IMG/VR virus record: IMGVR_UViG_3300043313_000403
Coordinates: 1-44,426 of that record
Reading direction: 5' to 3' (one strand)
DNA from: a virus
Length of the DNA: 44,426 nt
The translations under genes were made by a program, and so were the position numbers. Below the pieces are notes generated by a model that made no database searches, was not told where the DNA came from, and saw only the letters and a list, made by a program, of their open reading frames with translations. Shown one piece after another: positions 33,104-42,038 of the stretch; the first letter of the stretch is position 1, and the number at the start of each line of letters is the position of its first letter.

Positions 33104-34087
33104 TCACCAAATTGAGAAGCCAGCAGGAAGTGCAGCAGGAGCGGTAAACGCCGACGCACCGAAGTTAGCCGTCCATTTATAGCCGCCGCCACCCGGCCCG
33201 ATGAACATCGCCGGGTACCATGGACCAGAGCCGCTCAGTGTGATCGTCAAGCCGCCCGTGTTTGTGCCGGGGTCGTGCCCAGCCGTGTTGTTCCACAAGC
33301 CACCCGCCCCGCCCGCTGGCGAAGTTCGTATCCAGACTTTTTTGGCGGTAAGATCGATGGCAAATTCGCCAACATCACCTGCGTTGACGAACGGCGGATA
33401 GGTGGTGCCTGACGGGGAGCCACCGAAATAAATAGTACCGCCGCCAATAGCCATGCACACGTCGGTATTGGTTACGTCAAACAGGTCCATCGGTGACGAA
33501 GCATTGACGATGCCAAACCACAAGCTAGCATGCTCAACAAGTTTAACCGCCGTGAAGTATCGTTTACCGGAAGATTGCCCTCTGGCGGCCCGCGAGCCGT
33601 CAGCGTTACCGCCGTCCGACCCGGTCTTCTCCAGCGTCAGGTTGCCGTTCGACAAAACGCATATCGTAGAGACTTTCGCCGGGTCGAACGTTGTCGGAAG
33701 CGATCCTGCAGGCGGCGTCAGGTTTGTCGGCCCCGGCGACGTAACAGTGAATGCCCCACTCCCCACTGGCATCGCGAACGACACGATTGGTGTCATACCA
33801 TCCCCGGTGAGGAGGAACGATCCCGTTCCAGCTTTAAGTGTAAACGGATCAGCTATTTCTACCACACGCGTACTAGAAGACCCCACACCTCTTCTACGAA
33901 TTATGTTGGGAATATGGAAATTGTGGTGACGTGCCCGTATTATCTCATCATCATCTTTTTTGGGCGGTTGAGAAAATTTAGACTTGCCGTCGTCATAAAC
34001 AACAGGCCGTGTCGGCTGGGCCAATTGACGATACACCTTACCGGCGTCCAATAATCCAATCAATCCGGGGGGCTTATACTTTGCCAT
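33104..34087 (-). CDS. SPRY-domain virion-module protein (327 aa)
   Basis: The C-terminal ~190 aa follow the SPRY pattern: LSNGNLTLEK, SSGKRYFTAVKL, WFGIV, AGDVGEFAIDLTAKKVWIRTS, WYPAMF, ANFGASAFTAPAALPAGFSIW. Confidence 0.65.
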   Translation of the reverse strand: MAKYKPPGLIGLLDAGKVYRQLAQPTRPVVYDDGKSKFSQPPKKDDDEIIRARHHNFHIPNIIRRRGVGSSSTRVVEIADPFTLKAGTGSFLLTGDGMTPIVSFAMPVGSGAFTVTSPGPTNLTPPAGSLPTTFDPAKVSTICVLSNGNLTLEKTGSDGGNADGSRAARGQSSGKRYFTAVKLVEHASLWFGIVNASSPMDLFDVTNTDVCMAIGGGTIYFGGSPSGTTYPPFVNAGDVGEFAIDLTAKKVWIRTSPAGGAGGLWNNTAGHDPGTNTGGLTITLSGSGPWYPAMFIGPGGGGYKWTANFGASAFTAPAALPAGFSIW

Positions 34088-34239
34088 TATTTTTTCTTAG
34101 GCCGAATCTTGCCCGTCCCCTTATCAGCCCTGTTAAATTCCTTGGCCACTTTGACCGGAATGTTTACCTTCTTTGCAAATTTCGGTGAATGAGCAGCCGC
34201 AGCCATCGTGCGAGCCTGCTTAGCAGATTTGCTCGGCAT
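34087..34239 (-). CDS. Small basic protein (50 aa), DUF3008-like
   Basis: ATG at 34239 follows an AGGAGGAGAA RBS. MPSKSAKQARTMAAAAH...AKEFNRADKG resembles the MPxKSxKQxRxM family as I recall it. Confidence 0.5.
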   Translation of the reverse strand: MPSKSAKQARTMAAAAHSPKFAKKVNIPVKVAKEFNRADKGTGKIRPKKK

Positions 34240-34299
34240 ATTCTCCTCCTGTGAATGGGAACCTCCCCCAATTAAGGGGGAGGGCAAATCAAAGAAGGA

Positions 34300-35367
34300 T
34301 TACTTGCGATCGTTGGTCAGCATTTCAGTCGAATGCGGCTTGGTAGCTGCTTCGATCATATTCGGGCTAACCAGCGTCGTGATTACCGCACCCTGCTTCA
34401 CACCGTTGAACATGATGTGGCCGAGCGGGTTGCGCATTTCGACGCCCCACTCGCACAGGATCATGCGGGTTTCGGCATCGCCCATCTTGGCGAGGGGCAC
34501 CGTCTTGAAGTTCCGGTAGAACGCGGTAGCAAGGAAATCCGCGTCAAAGATGAACGAAACGTCAGCCGGGACCCAACGCGACGGGAGGACCTTGATGCGA
34601 CCGAAATCGGTAGCGATAATGTCCACCGTTGCGACCACTTCGGTCTTGCCGACGAGAATCTGCGAACCGTTACGGCCGTCAAAGGTAGAGACAGTACGCT
34701 TGATCGCCGGGGGAACAACCATGTTGTCGGGCGAAGCGCCGTTGGTGTATGCCTTCTGCATCGCGTCACCGACCATAACTTCGGTGAAAGCGACCTGAGA
34801 AGCACCCGCGACGGCAGCGAAAGCATCAGTAGCCAGAGTCGGAAGACCAGCGGTAACGCCAATAACAGCACCGGCAGCCGCCCCTAGCTTGTCCTTTGCG
34901 CGACCAAGCCAATGTGCGATGGCTTCGGTCTTGCGGGGAAGGGTAGTTGCATCGCCATCATCACGGGCTTGACGCGAGCACATGATGGTTTCCATATCCG
35001 ACTTGAGGATCTTGGAAGCCATGGCCATCTGGTGACCAAGCTCGGAACCCTTACCTGCAGCGTCGGCAGCTTCCTGCGAACCAGAAACGGTCGCATCGCG
35101 CTTCGAAATCTGCGCGACGTTGGTCAAACGAACAGTCGGGGTGGACGCCGAATTGACGTTCACGAATCCTTCGAGCTGCGCGTTGTTCGGATCAACGACG
35201 GGGAGATTCTCGGTCTGCCAATCGAAGGTCCGATTCTTCGCGTTGCGGCGGCGAGACATCGACATAACTGGCGTATCAAAAGGGTCAATGTTATAAATCG
35301 AGTTACTTAGGTCCTCCCGGTTCCCCTTAGCCCCGTAGGTAGTAAAAGCGCCTGTGGTTACTGGCAT
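34300..35367 (-). CDS. Major capsid protein (SU10-type)
   Basis: The N-terminus GAKGNREDLSNSIYNIDPFDTPVMSMS...FDWQTENL is characteristic of this capsid family. 355 aa, AGGAGA RBS, located after the scaffold gene. Confidence 0.85.
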   Translation of the reverse strand: MPVTTGAFTTYGAKGNREDLSNSIYNIDPFDTPVMSMSRRRNAKNRTFDWQTENLPVVDPNNAQLEGFVNVNSASTPTVRLTNVAQISKRDATVSGSQEAADAAGKGSELGHQMAMASKILKSDMETIMCSRQARDDGDATTLPRKTEAIAHWLGRAKDKLGAAAGAVIGVTAGLPTLATDAFAAVAGASQVAFTEVMVGDAMQKAYTNGASPDNMVVPPAIKRTVSTFDGRNGSQILVGKTEVVATVDIIATDFGRIKVLPSRWVPADVSFIFDADFLATAFYRNFKTVPLAKMGDAETRMILCEWGVEMRNPLGHIMFNGVKQGAVITTLVSPNMIEAATKPHSTEMLTNDRK

Positions 35368-35368
35368 T

Positions 35369-35872
35369 TCAGATCTCCTGTTCTATGGTGATGGAGGACC
35401 ACGTGTCCTCAGGTTCCTTGTCACTTTTAGCACTATTTTCAGCGCTGGTAATGACACGAAGATTCCATGGAACGTGGAGACCGCAACTATTTCTACCATT
35501 AACTGGCCAATAGTGGTCTACAACGTGTGGGATGCCCGTCTCTTCGGTGAGTCTCCGAGCTTCCCGGTAGAATTCTTCTGTCTGGGGTAAGTACATGCGG
35601 GCGATGGGAATATCAAGTCCTTTCTCGCGCGCTCTTACCCTAGCTATTCGACGAGGCATCAACTCCTTTTTGTTTGCCTCGTACCATTCTTTCTGCCACT
35701 TTTTAAGATAAACTAGATGTTTATCTTTGTGTTTTTCTCTGGATCGCCTGCGTTCTTCAGTAACTTTTTCAGGCTCTGCAGCTACTCGTCGTGCTCTAGC
35801 TTCGCGCTGTGTTTTCTTAAACGCCTCGGCGTTTTCCGCGCTACGCTTATGCCACGGCACAAAACCGCTCAA
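35369..35872 (-). CDS. HNH endonuclease
   Basis: HVVDHYWPVNGRNSCGLHVPWNLRVITSAENSAKSDK forms the H-N-H core. It has a TTG start in a TTGA overlap with the scaffold stop, preceded by GAGGGGAAG. Confidence 0.8.
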   Translation of the reverse strand: MSGFVPWHKRSAENAEAFKKTQREARARRVAAEPEKVTEERRRSREKHKDKHLVYLKKWQKEWYEANKKELMPRRIARVRAREKGLDIPIARMYLPQTEEFYREARRLTEETGIPHVVDHYWPVNGRNSCGLHVPWNLRVITSAENSAKSDKEPEDTWSSITIEQEI

Positions 35873-36936
35873 CTTCCCCTCGCAATCAACTGATCAAACA
35901 CAACGGCAGCATCATTCAAACTGCCAGTGCGGTTCAATCGTTTCATCGCCGAACTAACCCCCTTCTGAGCGGTGCGTTGTTTTGCGCTTCCTGCTCCCGG
36001 AGAAATAGGTTTACCCTGCGGCTTCGGTATAACCGGCTTTGGTTTAGCCGCCATCATTCGATCGTATTTACTTGCCTTAAGAAGCACCTGCAACATGCGC
36101 GAATCGTACACTTGCGACAATTCTTCTTCTGTGAACCCGGACGAAAGACCGGTCTTCCTCATCGAAACTAGGTCCTTTGCCTTCTTCTTAGGGTCCGACC
36201 AATTTTTACGGTTCGAAGCTTCGAACTTGGCAGATTCTTCCTCAGCAAAAGCCGCCAGCTGGGCTTGATTTGATTGCTCCATTTTCTTCTGAGCTTCGGA
36301 CATCTGCGCGTTCAACTGTGCGCGGAAGCCGTTGGCCTTCTCGTGATAACGCTGTAGTTCCCGCGCCTTGGCGGGGTCTTTGGCAAATTCCTCGTCCCAA
36401 TTGGGTTCAGCCGGAATCATCGCCTTCATATGCTCTTGCATCTGCTTGGCGACACTCATCGAGTATTCGTAGTTCTGAACGGCATCGGCAGCGGCGCGGC
36501 GAACGATCTTTTTCGCCTCGTCCAGCTGGTTCATTCGCTGATGGAAAGTCTGGGTCCGAACGTAACCCTCGAGGGCTTCCTTGACGGATACCTTTACAGG
36601 TTCCCCGTCCACGGTGACTTCGACTTCCCTTGCGAGAATGGCGGCTTCCTCTTGATCTTCCCCTTCTTCTGCTCTATCGTCGTCATCCCCGTCGTCGGAC
36701 TCGTCCTCTCCTGCCTCCCCGTCATCATCGTCGCCGTCGCTATCTGGTCCATCTTCTTCGCTAGGATCCCTTGGATCGGCCTTACTATCTTTGCCATAGA
36801 TCTTTACCTCCGGATCGGGTTCATCATCGCCGCCGCCCTTAGCGGGGCTTTCGTCATCGACTTCGATTCCCGCTCCAACGTTGGGGAACATGGATTCCAC
36901 GGCGACCGGGGTGGCTGCAGAAGGTTCATCGGCCAT
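35869..36936 (-). CDS. Scaffolding protein (acidic N-terminal half, helical C-terminal half)
   Basis: Asp/Glu runs (DGPDSDGDDDDGEAGEDESDDGDDDD). It lies between the portal and capsid genes. Confidence 0.65.
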   Translation of the reverse strand: MADEPSAATPVAVESMFPNVGAGIEVDDESPAKGGGDDEPDPEVKIYGKDSKADPRDPSEEDGPDSDGDDDDGEAGEDESDDGDDDDRAEEGEDQEEAAILAREVEVTVDGEPVKVSVKEALEGYVRTQTFHQRMNQLDEAKKIVRRAAADAVQNYEYSMSVAKQMQEHMKAMIPAEPNWDEEFAKDPAKARELQRYHEKANGFRAQLNAQMSEAQKKMEQSNQAQLAAFAEEESAKFEASNRKNWSDPKKKAKDLVSMRKTGLSSGFTEEELSQVYDSRMLQVLLKASKYDRMMAAKPKPVIPKPQGKPISPGAGSAKQRTAQKGVSSAMKRLNRTGSLNDAAVVFDQLIARGS

Positions 36937-37211
36937 TATTTATCCCCTTTGTTGTACTTCTGCCTTACCTTATGGTCGGCGATGTACTGTTCTAACTGAG
37001 CTTTGAGTTCAGTGATGGCCTTGAGCATAGCATGGGCCTGCCCCGCTGTCAAGCTACCGACATCTCCACTTATCAGTGTTCCCAGTGCTCTGGAATATAT
37101 ATCGTCGATCGCCGATTTGAACACAGGACTATTTAATAGTCCTTCCGCCGCCGCCGCCTTCTCCTCAACCTCGAAGTTACTGAGGCGGGATTTCTGGTCC
37201 TGCGCTTCCAT
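36936..37211 (-). CDS. Hypothetical protein (91 aa) between portal and scaffold
   Basis: It overlaps the portal 3' end by 35 nt and has TAATG coupling to the scaffold gene. It contains an embedded promoter motif. Confidence 0.5.
   Translation of the reverse strand: MEAQDQKSRLSNFEVEEKAAAAEGLLNSPVFKSAIDDIYSRALGTLISGDVGSLTAGQAHAMLKAITELKAQLEQYIADHKVRQKYNKGDK
37024..37052 (-). promoter_or_regulatory. sigma70-type promoter motif embedded in CDS 36936-37211
   Basis: The reverse complement reads TTGACA-gcggggcaggcccatgc-TATGCT, with the same TGCTATGCT -10 as the late promoter at 42625-42653. It would drive scaffold, HNH and capsid genes. Confidence 0.5.
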
Positions 37212-39375
37212 CTGGTACTCCCATCATTGCTCGCGCTTGATCAGGGATCTGAAGAGGCGCTGGCGCGGGTTGTGGCACTTCATCGGGTGTGTTCTGACTC
37301 TCAAATTCCGCTTCGTTGACGTCAACGGCGAATTGAGCCTCTATCTTAGCCGCGTCGAGCAGTCCCTTGACGATCATGTCGTCGCGGCGGAAGTCGTCGT
37401 CTACTCGGAGCTTCCTATCGGCGAAGTTGGACTTGCTGATTTCCGTCGCCATCTTGACGCGGTTCTTTTCCATCTCGCTCTGTGCAAGGAGCGTGGCCGC
37501 ATCGGGTTCCTTCGGTGTCGCTGCGATGGCTTTAACTTGCTCTTCGCTGACTTCACGGTAATAACGATCAACATTCTTGACATTCGCTATGGCGAGGATA
37601 TCCGTGAGGGTATTGCGGAATTCTTGAACGCCGCAGATTGGATTCTCCACGCCGAATTGGGTCATGATGGCAGTTTGTGTGGCCTTCACTTCTTGGAGGA
37701 CCATCAGCCGCGTCATGTCCGAACCCTTGCCAAGGGTGGGGTTGACGCTTACCCGCATGGTGGGGTCAAACGTGGAAGGATTGATGTCCACCCACTTGCC
37801 GCGCAATTGCACCGTTCGCATCTGGTTGGGGTTATTGACGATCTCGCGGAGAAGCCCCTTGAACAGTTGCTTCATCCCGGTTTCGGCAAGAATGCGGGCA
37901 CACAGTTCGATGCGCTCTTGAGCACCCTGAACAATCGCGTCGATGCCGGTTACGTTCGTGCTCTGCAACGCGCGAGGATCAACGCCCTTCGACGCATCCG
38001 AAATGCCGGTGCGGGATTGACGCAGCTGCTCCATGATGCCAAACATCTTGAAGACAGGCTCGCCCACGAAGTTGTGATTGATCGACATCACCGCCGAATT
38101 TGGGTCACCCATCGTACGTATGGGAGCGCCGATCTCATCGTTCAACACGTCGTCGGTGTTGGTGATGGTCTGGTTGAACACCGTCCTAGGCCAAATGGAC
38201 TGTGCAAGGGAGTCCAGAGAACCCCGGAGCATATTCGTCTTGATGGTCTGGATATCCTTGACCAGATCAGCCGGGGTGTCGCCGACAAGGGTGTGGGGTT
38301 CGGGATCGGGGCACCACACAGCGAAATTGGTGTACTGGACCACTTCGTCGTACAAGATATTGTGGTCGTCTCCGATGGTGTGGATTTCGCGCAGTTCCGC
38401 GATGCCGTCGCCGTCCTTGTCAATCCGAATGTAATAGCAGCCGTATCGAACGTCCCACTGGTCCGAAAGATCGCCTTCGTCCAGCCCCGAATTTCTAAAC
38501 AAGCGGTCGGTAGAATAATTATCCGACGTCTGGTTCATAAAATCGGCTATTTCTTCCAGTTCGTACCCCTGCTTGACCAGTTCGGATATGTTGATAATCT
38601 GGTCGTGCCCGATCAGCGGCGAATCATCTACATCCTTCGCCTTCCGGGATATCCGGAACTCATCGAGCGGCACCGACACGATCTTTGTCATTGGTTTCGA
38701 CTTGACGAACCTAATCCGAAGGGACTCAAGGGTACCCGGAGCGGTTTGAGAGGGCTGAGCGTCAATCACTTGAACGGTCGGATTCTCGTGGACCAAGAAC
38801 TGGAACTGCTCTTGGGTTATTCCCTGGAATTCCTGCTCGGTTACTTCTTCGTCGTTTTCGGTCCACCAACGCACGACGCCCGTCTTGCAGCGCAGAGCGT
38901 CCTTGCAGATGTCGTGGATGATCAGGAACCCCGGATTGTCTTCCCATAGCACGTAATTCAAATAATCCGTGCACTGTCTCGCGATGTCTTCCTGCCCTTT
39001 GTGGTTCGGCTTGCAGTTTACAACATTCTCGGTAGAAGTAAAAATACGCATGAGGCTAGGAAGAATAGCCATAACAGTATCCCGAAAATCAGTGCTAACA
39101 GCACTCGATTTTCCGTCACCTTCCTGCTCAGGCAGTTCACCATAGAAGTACCGCAGATTTTCCTCACGGGCTGGTCCCAACGTGCTTTCTTCATACGAAA
39201 TGGAATCGTCGATCAGCGCGCGAACCGTCGCGGCGTACACGGTATCTTCGTCGTCGGTATTGTCCACCGAAGGGGCACCAGCATATTCCCCTATAACCCC
39301 GTTGTTGAACAGGCGCTCCAAGGGCTGCCCGTTGATGGTGTTGTTTCCGCTCTGAACCGGCGTAATGACGTTCAT
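37177..39375 (-). CDS. Portal protein
   Basis: 732 aa, immediately after the large terminase with an ATGA overlap. Acidic C-terminus. The call rests on size, position and composition. Confidence 0.8.
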   Translation of the reverse strand: MNVITPVQSGNNTINGQPLERLFNNGVIGEYAGAPSVDNTDDEDTVYAATVRALIDDSISYEESTLGPAREENLRYFYGELPEQEGDGKSSAVSTDFRDTVMAILPSLMRIFTSTENVVNCKPNHKGQEDIARQCTDYLNYVLWEDNPGFLIIHDICKDALRCKTGVVRWWTENDEEVTEQEFQGITQEQFQFLVHENPTVQVIDAQPSQTAPGTLESLRIRFVKSKPMTKIVSVPLDEFRISRKAKDVDDSPLIGHDQIINISELVKQGYELEEIADFMNQTSDNYSTDRLFRNSGLDEGDLSDQWDVRYGCYYIRIDKDGDGIAELREIHTIGDDHNILYDEVVQYTNFAVWCPDPEPHTLVGDTPADLVKDIQTIKTNMLRGSLDSLAQSIWPRTVFNQTITNTDDVLNDEIGAPIRTMGDPNSAVMSINHNFVGEPVFKMFGIMEQLRQSRTGISDASKGVDPRALQSTNVTGIDAIVQGAQERIELCARILAETGMKQLFKGLLREIVNNPNQMRTVQLRGKWVDINPSTFDPTMRVSVNPTLGKGSDMTRLMVLQEVKATQTAIMTQFGVENPICGVQEFRNTLTDILAIANVKNVDRYYREVSEEQVKAIAATPKEPDAATLLAQSEMEKNRVKMATEISKSNFADRKLRVDDDFRRDDMIVKGLLDAAKIEAQFAVDVNEAEFESQNTPDEVPQPAPAPLQIPDQARAMMGVPDGSAGPEIPPQ

Positions 39376-40700
39376 CGAATACTCCTCGGGCTGTTACCCA
39401 TGCGCTTGAGGTTGCGCTTCAACGCACCGGAATGGAGACTTATGACATTATTGCCGCCAACCATCATGCCAATCATATTAAGCGAAACGCAGCCCACCCG
39501 TATCGCATCGGCAGCGTGGGAAGCCCAGTTGTGGACCGGCTTGCCCGTGGGTCCTTTGTGGTAGTTCCGCAGCGCGGTGTAACCCGGCTCCGTCTTTGCT
39601 TTGTCGAACCACATCATTCGAATGGCAGCTCTAGTTGCTGAAATTCCGTCCTCAACGGTATGATTTGGACAGACAAACACGTTAGGCAGCATGTTGTCAA
39701 GGACTTCTTTTCTTGATACCCCAGTTCCAAGCTCACGAGCCTTGATGTCGTGTGGCAGAACGTGCACACCGTATTGATACGGTTTGCTCTTGATCTGACC
39801 CACATACCATTCGAGACCTTTACCGGAATTGGCGAGATAGTCAATGACATGGAGTTCCTTTCCGCACTTCTGTGCGAACCATATAACCATCTCGTCGTCG
39901 ATGCCCAAATCCCACCACGTCATGACGAGGGCATTCGGGTCATAAGGCACGCCGGTAATCTGGCTCGGCGTCGATGTTTCAATGTCGTTGAGCACGTCGC
40001 CGTAGTAACTACCCTCGATCGGCGCGTCGAAAGAACACATCATTTCGCGGGCGAACTCGTCCGGCGTCATGTCCTTGCGCATTTCCTGCACTTCGTCGGG
40101 GTCCAGCGCGTCGGTTTCGCTCACGGGTATGCTGAACATATCCCAACTGGTTATTTCTTTTTCGGCTCGCTTTTTGAGTTCGTGGAAATGGTCGTCGCCG
40201 TTAGAAGTTCCGCTGATAACTGCCCATCCTTGATAGTCAGCCAAACAGGGACGGATGACGCTGCCCAACATGCTTGGGTTAAGAAGTGGGTACTCATCTG
40301 CGACGACACCATCGAAATATAGTCCTCGCATTCTTTCATAAGCCGCGCTTCCTCCGTATAGGTTGATCATCGCGCCGTTGGGGAGTATAACTTGCAGGTC
40401 TCCTTCTACCACCTTCACGCGGGGGAGGACACCTGTATAATGCTTGTAGTAACCCCAAACGAGATCTTTGGCCTGTGCGAAGCTAGGCCCAATATAGCCA
40501 TAGCGCGGCGGTGGGAATACCCTCTTATTCTCGAGCGCTTTTCGGACGGTGTGGTTGCACAGCGCGACTGTTTTCCCCGCCCTTCGGTGGGCCACGACGA
40601 ACTTCCATCGCTTGAGGGATTCGTGGAGTGGCCGAAAGTGTACCCGAGGAACATACGGGATAGTTATCCTTGGGGCCTGTTCCTCGGGGCTTTCGCTCAT
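39372..40700 (-). CDS. terL: Terminase large subunit
   Basis: Walker A-like AHRRAGKTV and Walker B-like YFDGVVADEYP, followed by a C-terminal nuclease-like region. ATG at 40700 in an ATGA overlap with the upstream gene; the track start at 40730 is a GTG. Confidence 0.88.
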   Translation of the reverse strand: MSESPEEQAPRITIPYVPRVHFRPLHESLKRWKFVVAHRRAGKTVALCNHTVRKALENKRVFPPPRYGYIGPSFAQAKDLVWGYYKHYTGVLPRVKVVEGDLQVILPNGAMINLYGGSAAYERMRGLYFDGVVADEYPLLNPSMLGSVIRPCLADYQGWAVISGTSNGDDHFHELKKRAEKEITSWDMFSIPVSETDALDPDEVQEMRKDMTPDEFAREMMCSFDAPIEGSYYGDVLNDIETSTPSQITGVPYDPNALVMTWWDLGIDDEMVIWFAQKCGKELHVIDYLANSGKGLEWYVGQIKSKPYQYGVHVLPHDIKARELGTGVSRKEVLDNMLPNVFVCPNHTVEDGISATRAAIRMMWFDKAKTEPGYTALRNYHKGPTGKPVHNWASHAADAIRVGCVSLNMIGMMVGGNNVISLHSGALKRNLKRMGNSPRSIR

Positions 40701-40939
40701 TTCTGCGTCGTGGCCGCTTTCACGGCCCACATCGCTGCTTCTTCGTAAGCAGTCTGCGCCAGCGAAGCCAAACGCGGGTCCAGGTGCTTCAGGTCTTCGC
40801 AGAGATCAATGAGATCAGCGGTGTAACGCTTGATCTTGTCCACCATGTTGTCTTTGGACGGGTTGAAGCTTTCCCTTACGCGCTGCGCGCCGATGGACAT
40901 GCCTTCTTTGTTACCCTGCGTCACGTTTGAATTCTCCAT
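40697..40939 (-). CDS. Small conserved helical protein (80 aa)
   Basis: GGGGAAG RBS. The C-terminal motif LAQTAYEEAAMWAVKAAT looks like a recurrent small phage protein family I cannot name. Confidence 0.55.
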   Translation of the reverse strand: MENSNVTQGNKEGMSIGAQRVRESFNPSKDNMVDKIKRYTADLIDLCEDLKHLDPRLASLAQTAYEEAAMWAVKAATTQK

Positions 40940-41411
40940 CTATGACTTCCCCTTGGTCCGGCGCTTCCGCTTCCCCGCCGAATGTGCTCCCGTCCGCCCA
41001 TTGGACGACAATAGTTCCACCAGCGGCGTTTTTAATATTGACACCTCCCGAAGCACCAGTTCCCCAGCCACGTCCCTTCCCGATATTCGATAGTACAAAT
41101 CTCGACATCGTGTCGCGACGGCTCGGATCCAGTTCATCAGTGAGTGCATCTTTTACGTTCGATTCTGCTATGTCGACGAGACGGTCTTGCGCCTCGGTCA
41201 TTTCTGCTGATAAATACGGGGACTTCTTTACAAAAGCTCTTAACCGAATGGAGGTGGTTTTTAAGATTTTTGCGGCTTCGGTAATATTGCCCGACGCCAT
41301 CCAAAGCGCAGTTCTACATTCCTCTACATCGAGAGGTAGCTCGTTTGGTCGCTCTGAATACGGCATCGTAGGCAGAGCGACCAAATCGTTTGGTACATGG
41401 TCATCGTCCAT
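40911..41411 (-). CDS. Putative terminase small subunit (HTH-containing)
   Basis: ECRTALWMASGNITEAAKILKTTSIRLRAFVKKSP is HTH-like. It lies two genes upstream of terL. Weak RBS. Confidence 0.45.
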   Translation of the reverse strand: MDDDHVPNDLVALPTMPYSERPNELPLDVEECRTALWMASGNITEAAKILKTTSIRLRAFVKKSPYLSAEMTEAQDRLVDIAESNVKDALTDELDPSRRDTMSRFVLSNIGKGRGWGTGASGGVNIKNAAGGTIVVQWADGSTFGGEAEAPDQGEVIDGEFKRDAG

Positions 41412-41434
41412 GGTAACCGAAAGTTATAGTGAGC

Positions 41435-42037
41435 TTAAGTAGCAACCGGCTGGTTGATTACCGGAGCGCCGACTGGTCCTTTGGGAGTGTCGCCCGGACG
41501 GCTTCCCTCCGGGGGCGGGTTCCGCGCGAGCATTCCGGCGTCCCAAAGGGCGACGGCTGGGTTCATGTATTTCGTGATGGGTGCCCCTGAGGGCGTCACG
41601 ATATCATCGAACACTACCGCCGGATTCCCGTAAACGTCCGCATAAATATCGTCCGGTCCAGGAATTTCTCGAAAGGCTGCCCCGTGGGGTGTCCCTTTCT
41701 CGTCGAGCGAAATGTGACCCAATTCACCCCTGCCGACATCCCCGGCGAGTCCGTGGATTTCGTCGTGGGAGAAGCTTCTCTCTTCAGCGGTTCCGCGAGA
41801 ATCCTGAAGGATTCCGGTTGCGCTGTCGTAAGTCGTCATCGCGCCGCCGACGGTTCCACCACCACGAGTTGATCCTGTAGAAGCGGGGTGAGCGTGGCTT
41901 TTATTCTGCTCGTGCAGCTTCTTCTGCTCGGCGTCGTGCTTCGCCTTAAGCTCAGCGTCGTGCTTCGCCTTTTCTGCTTCTCTCTTTTTCGCTTCATCCG
42001 CAGCGTGCTGCGTCGGATTTTTGGGCTGGTCGACCAT
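41435..42037 (-). CDS. Hypothetical protein (200 aa), Lys/Glu/His-rich N-terminus
   Basis: Repeated AKHDAE units at the N-terminus. No known motif. Confidence 0.55.
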   Translation of the reverse strand: MVDQPKNPTQHAADEAKKREAEKAKHDAELKAKHDAEQKKLHEQNKSHAHPASTGSTRGGGTVGGAMTTYDSATGILQDSRGTAEERSFSHDEIHGLAGDVGRGELGHISLDEKGTPHGAAFREIPGPDDIYADVYGNPAVVFDDIVTPSGAPITKYMNPAVALWDAGMLARNPPPEGSRPGDTPKGPVGAPVINQPVAT

Positions 42038-42038
42038 A

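Noticed and set aside
37316-37329. 14-bp palindrome cgttgacgtcaacg inside the portal gene
   Set aside because: It is a single short palindrome within coding sequence, with no flanking promoter, terminator or repeat context. It is probably coincidental.
37003-38949. 648-aa plus-strand ORF, the longest unassigned ORF in the track
   Set aside because: It lies entirely antisense to the portal gene (37177-39375). Its composition is Arg/Leu/His/Val-rich and low in complexity, with no RBS or promoter. It is a shadow ORF of a GC-rich gene.
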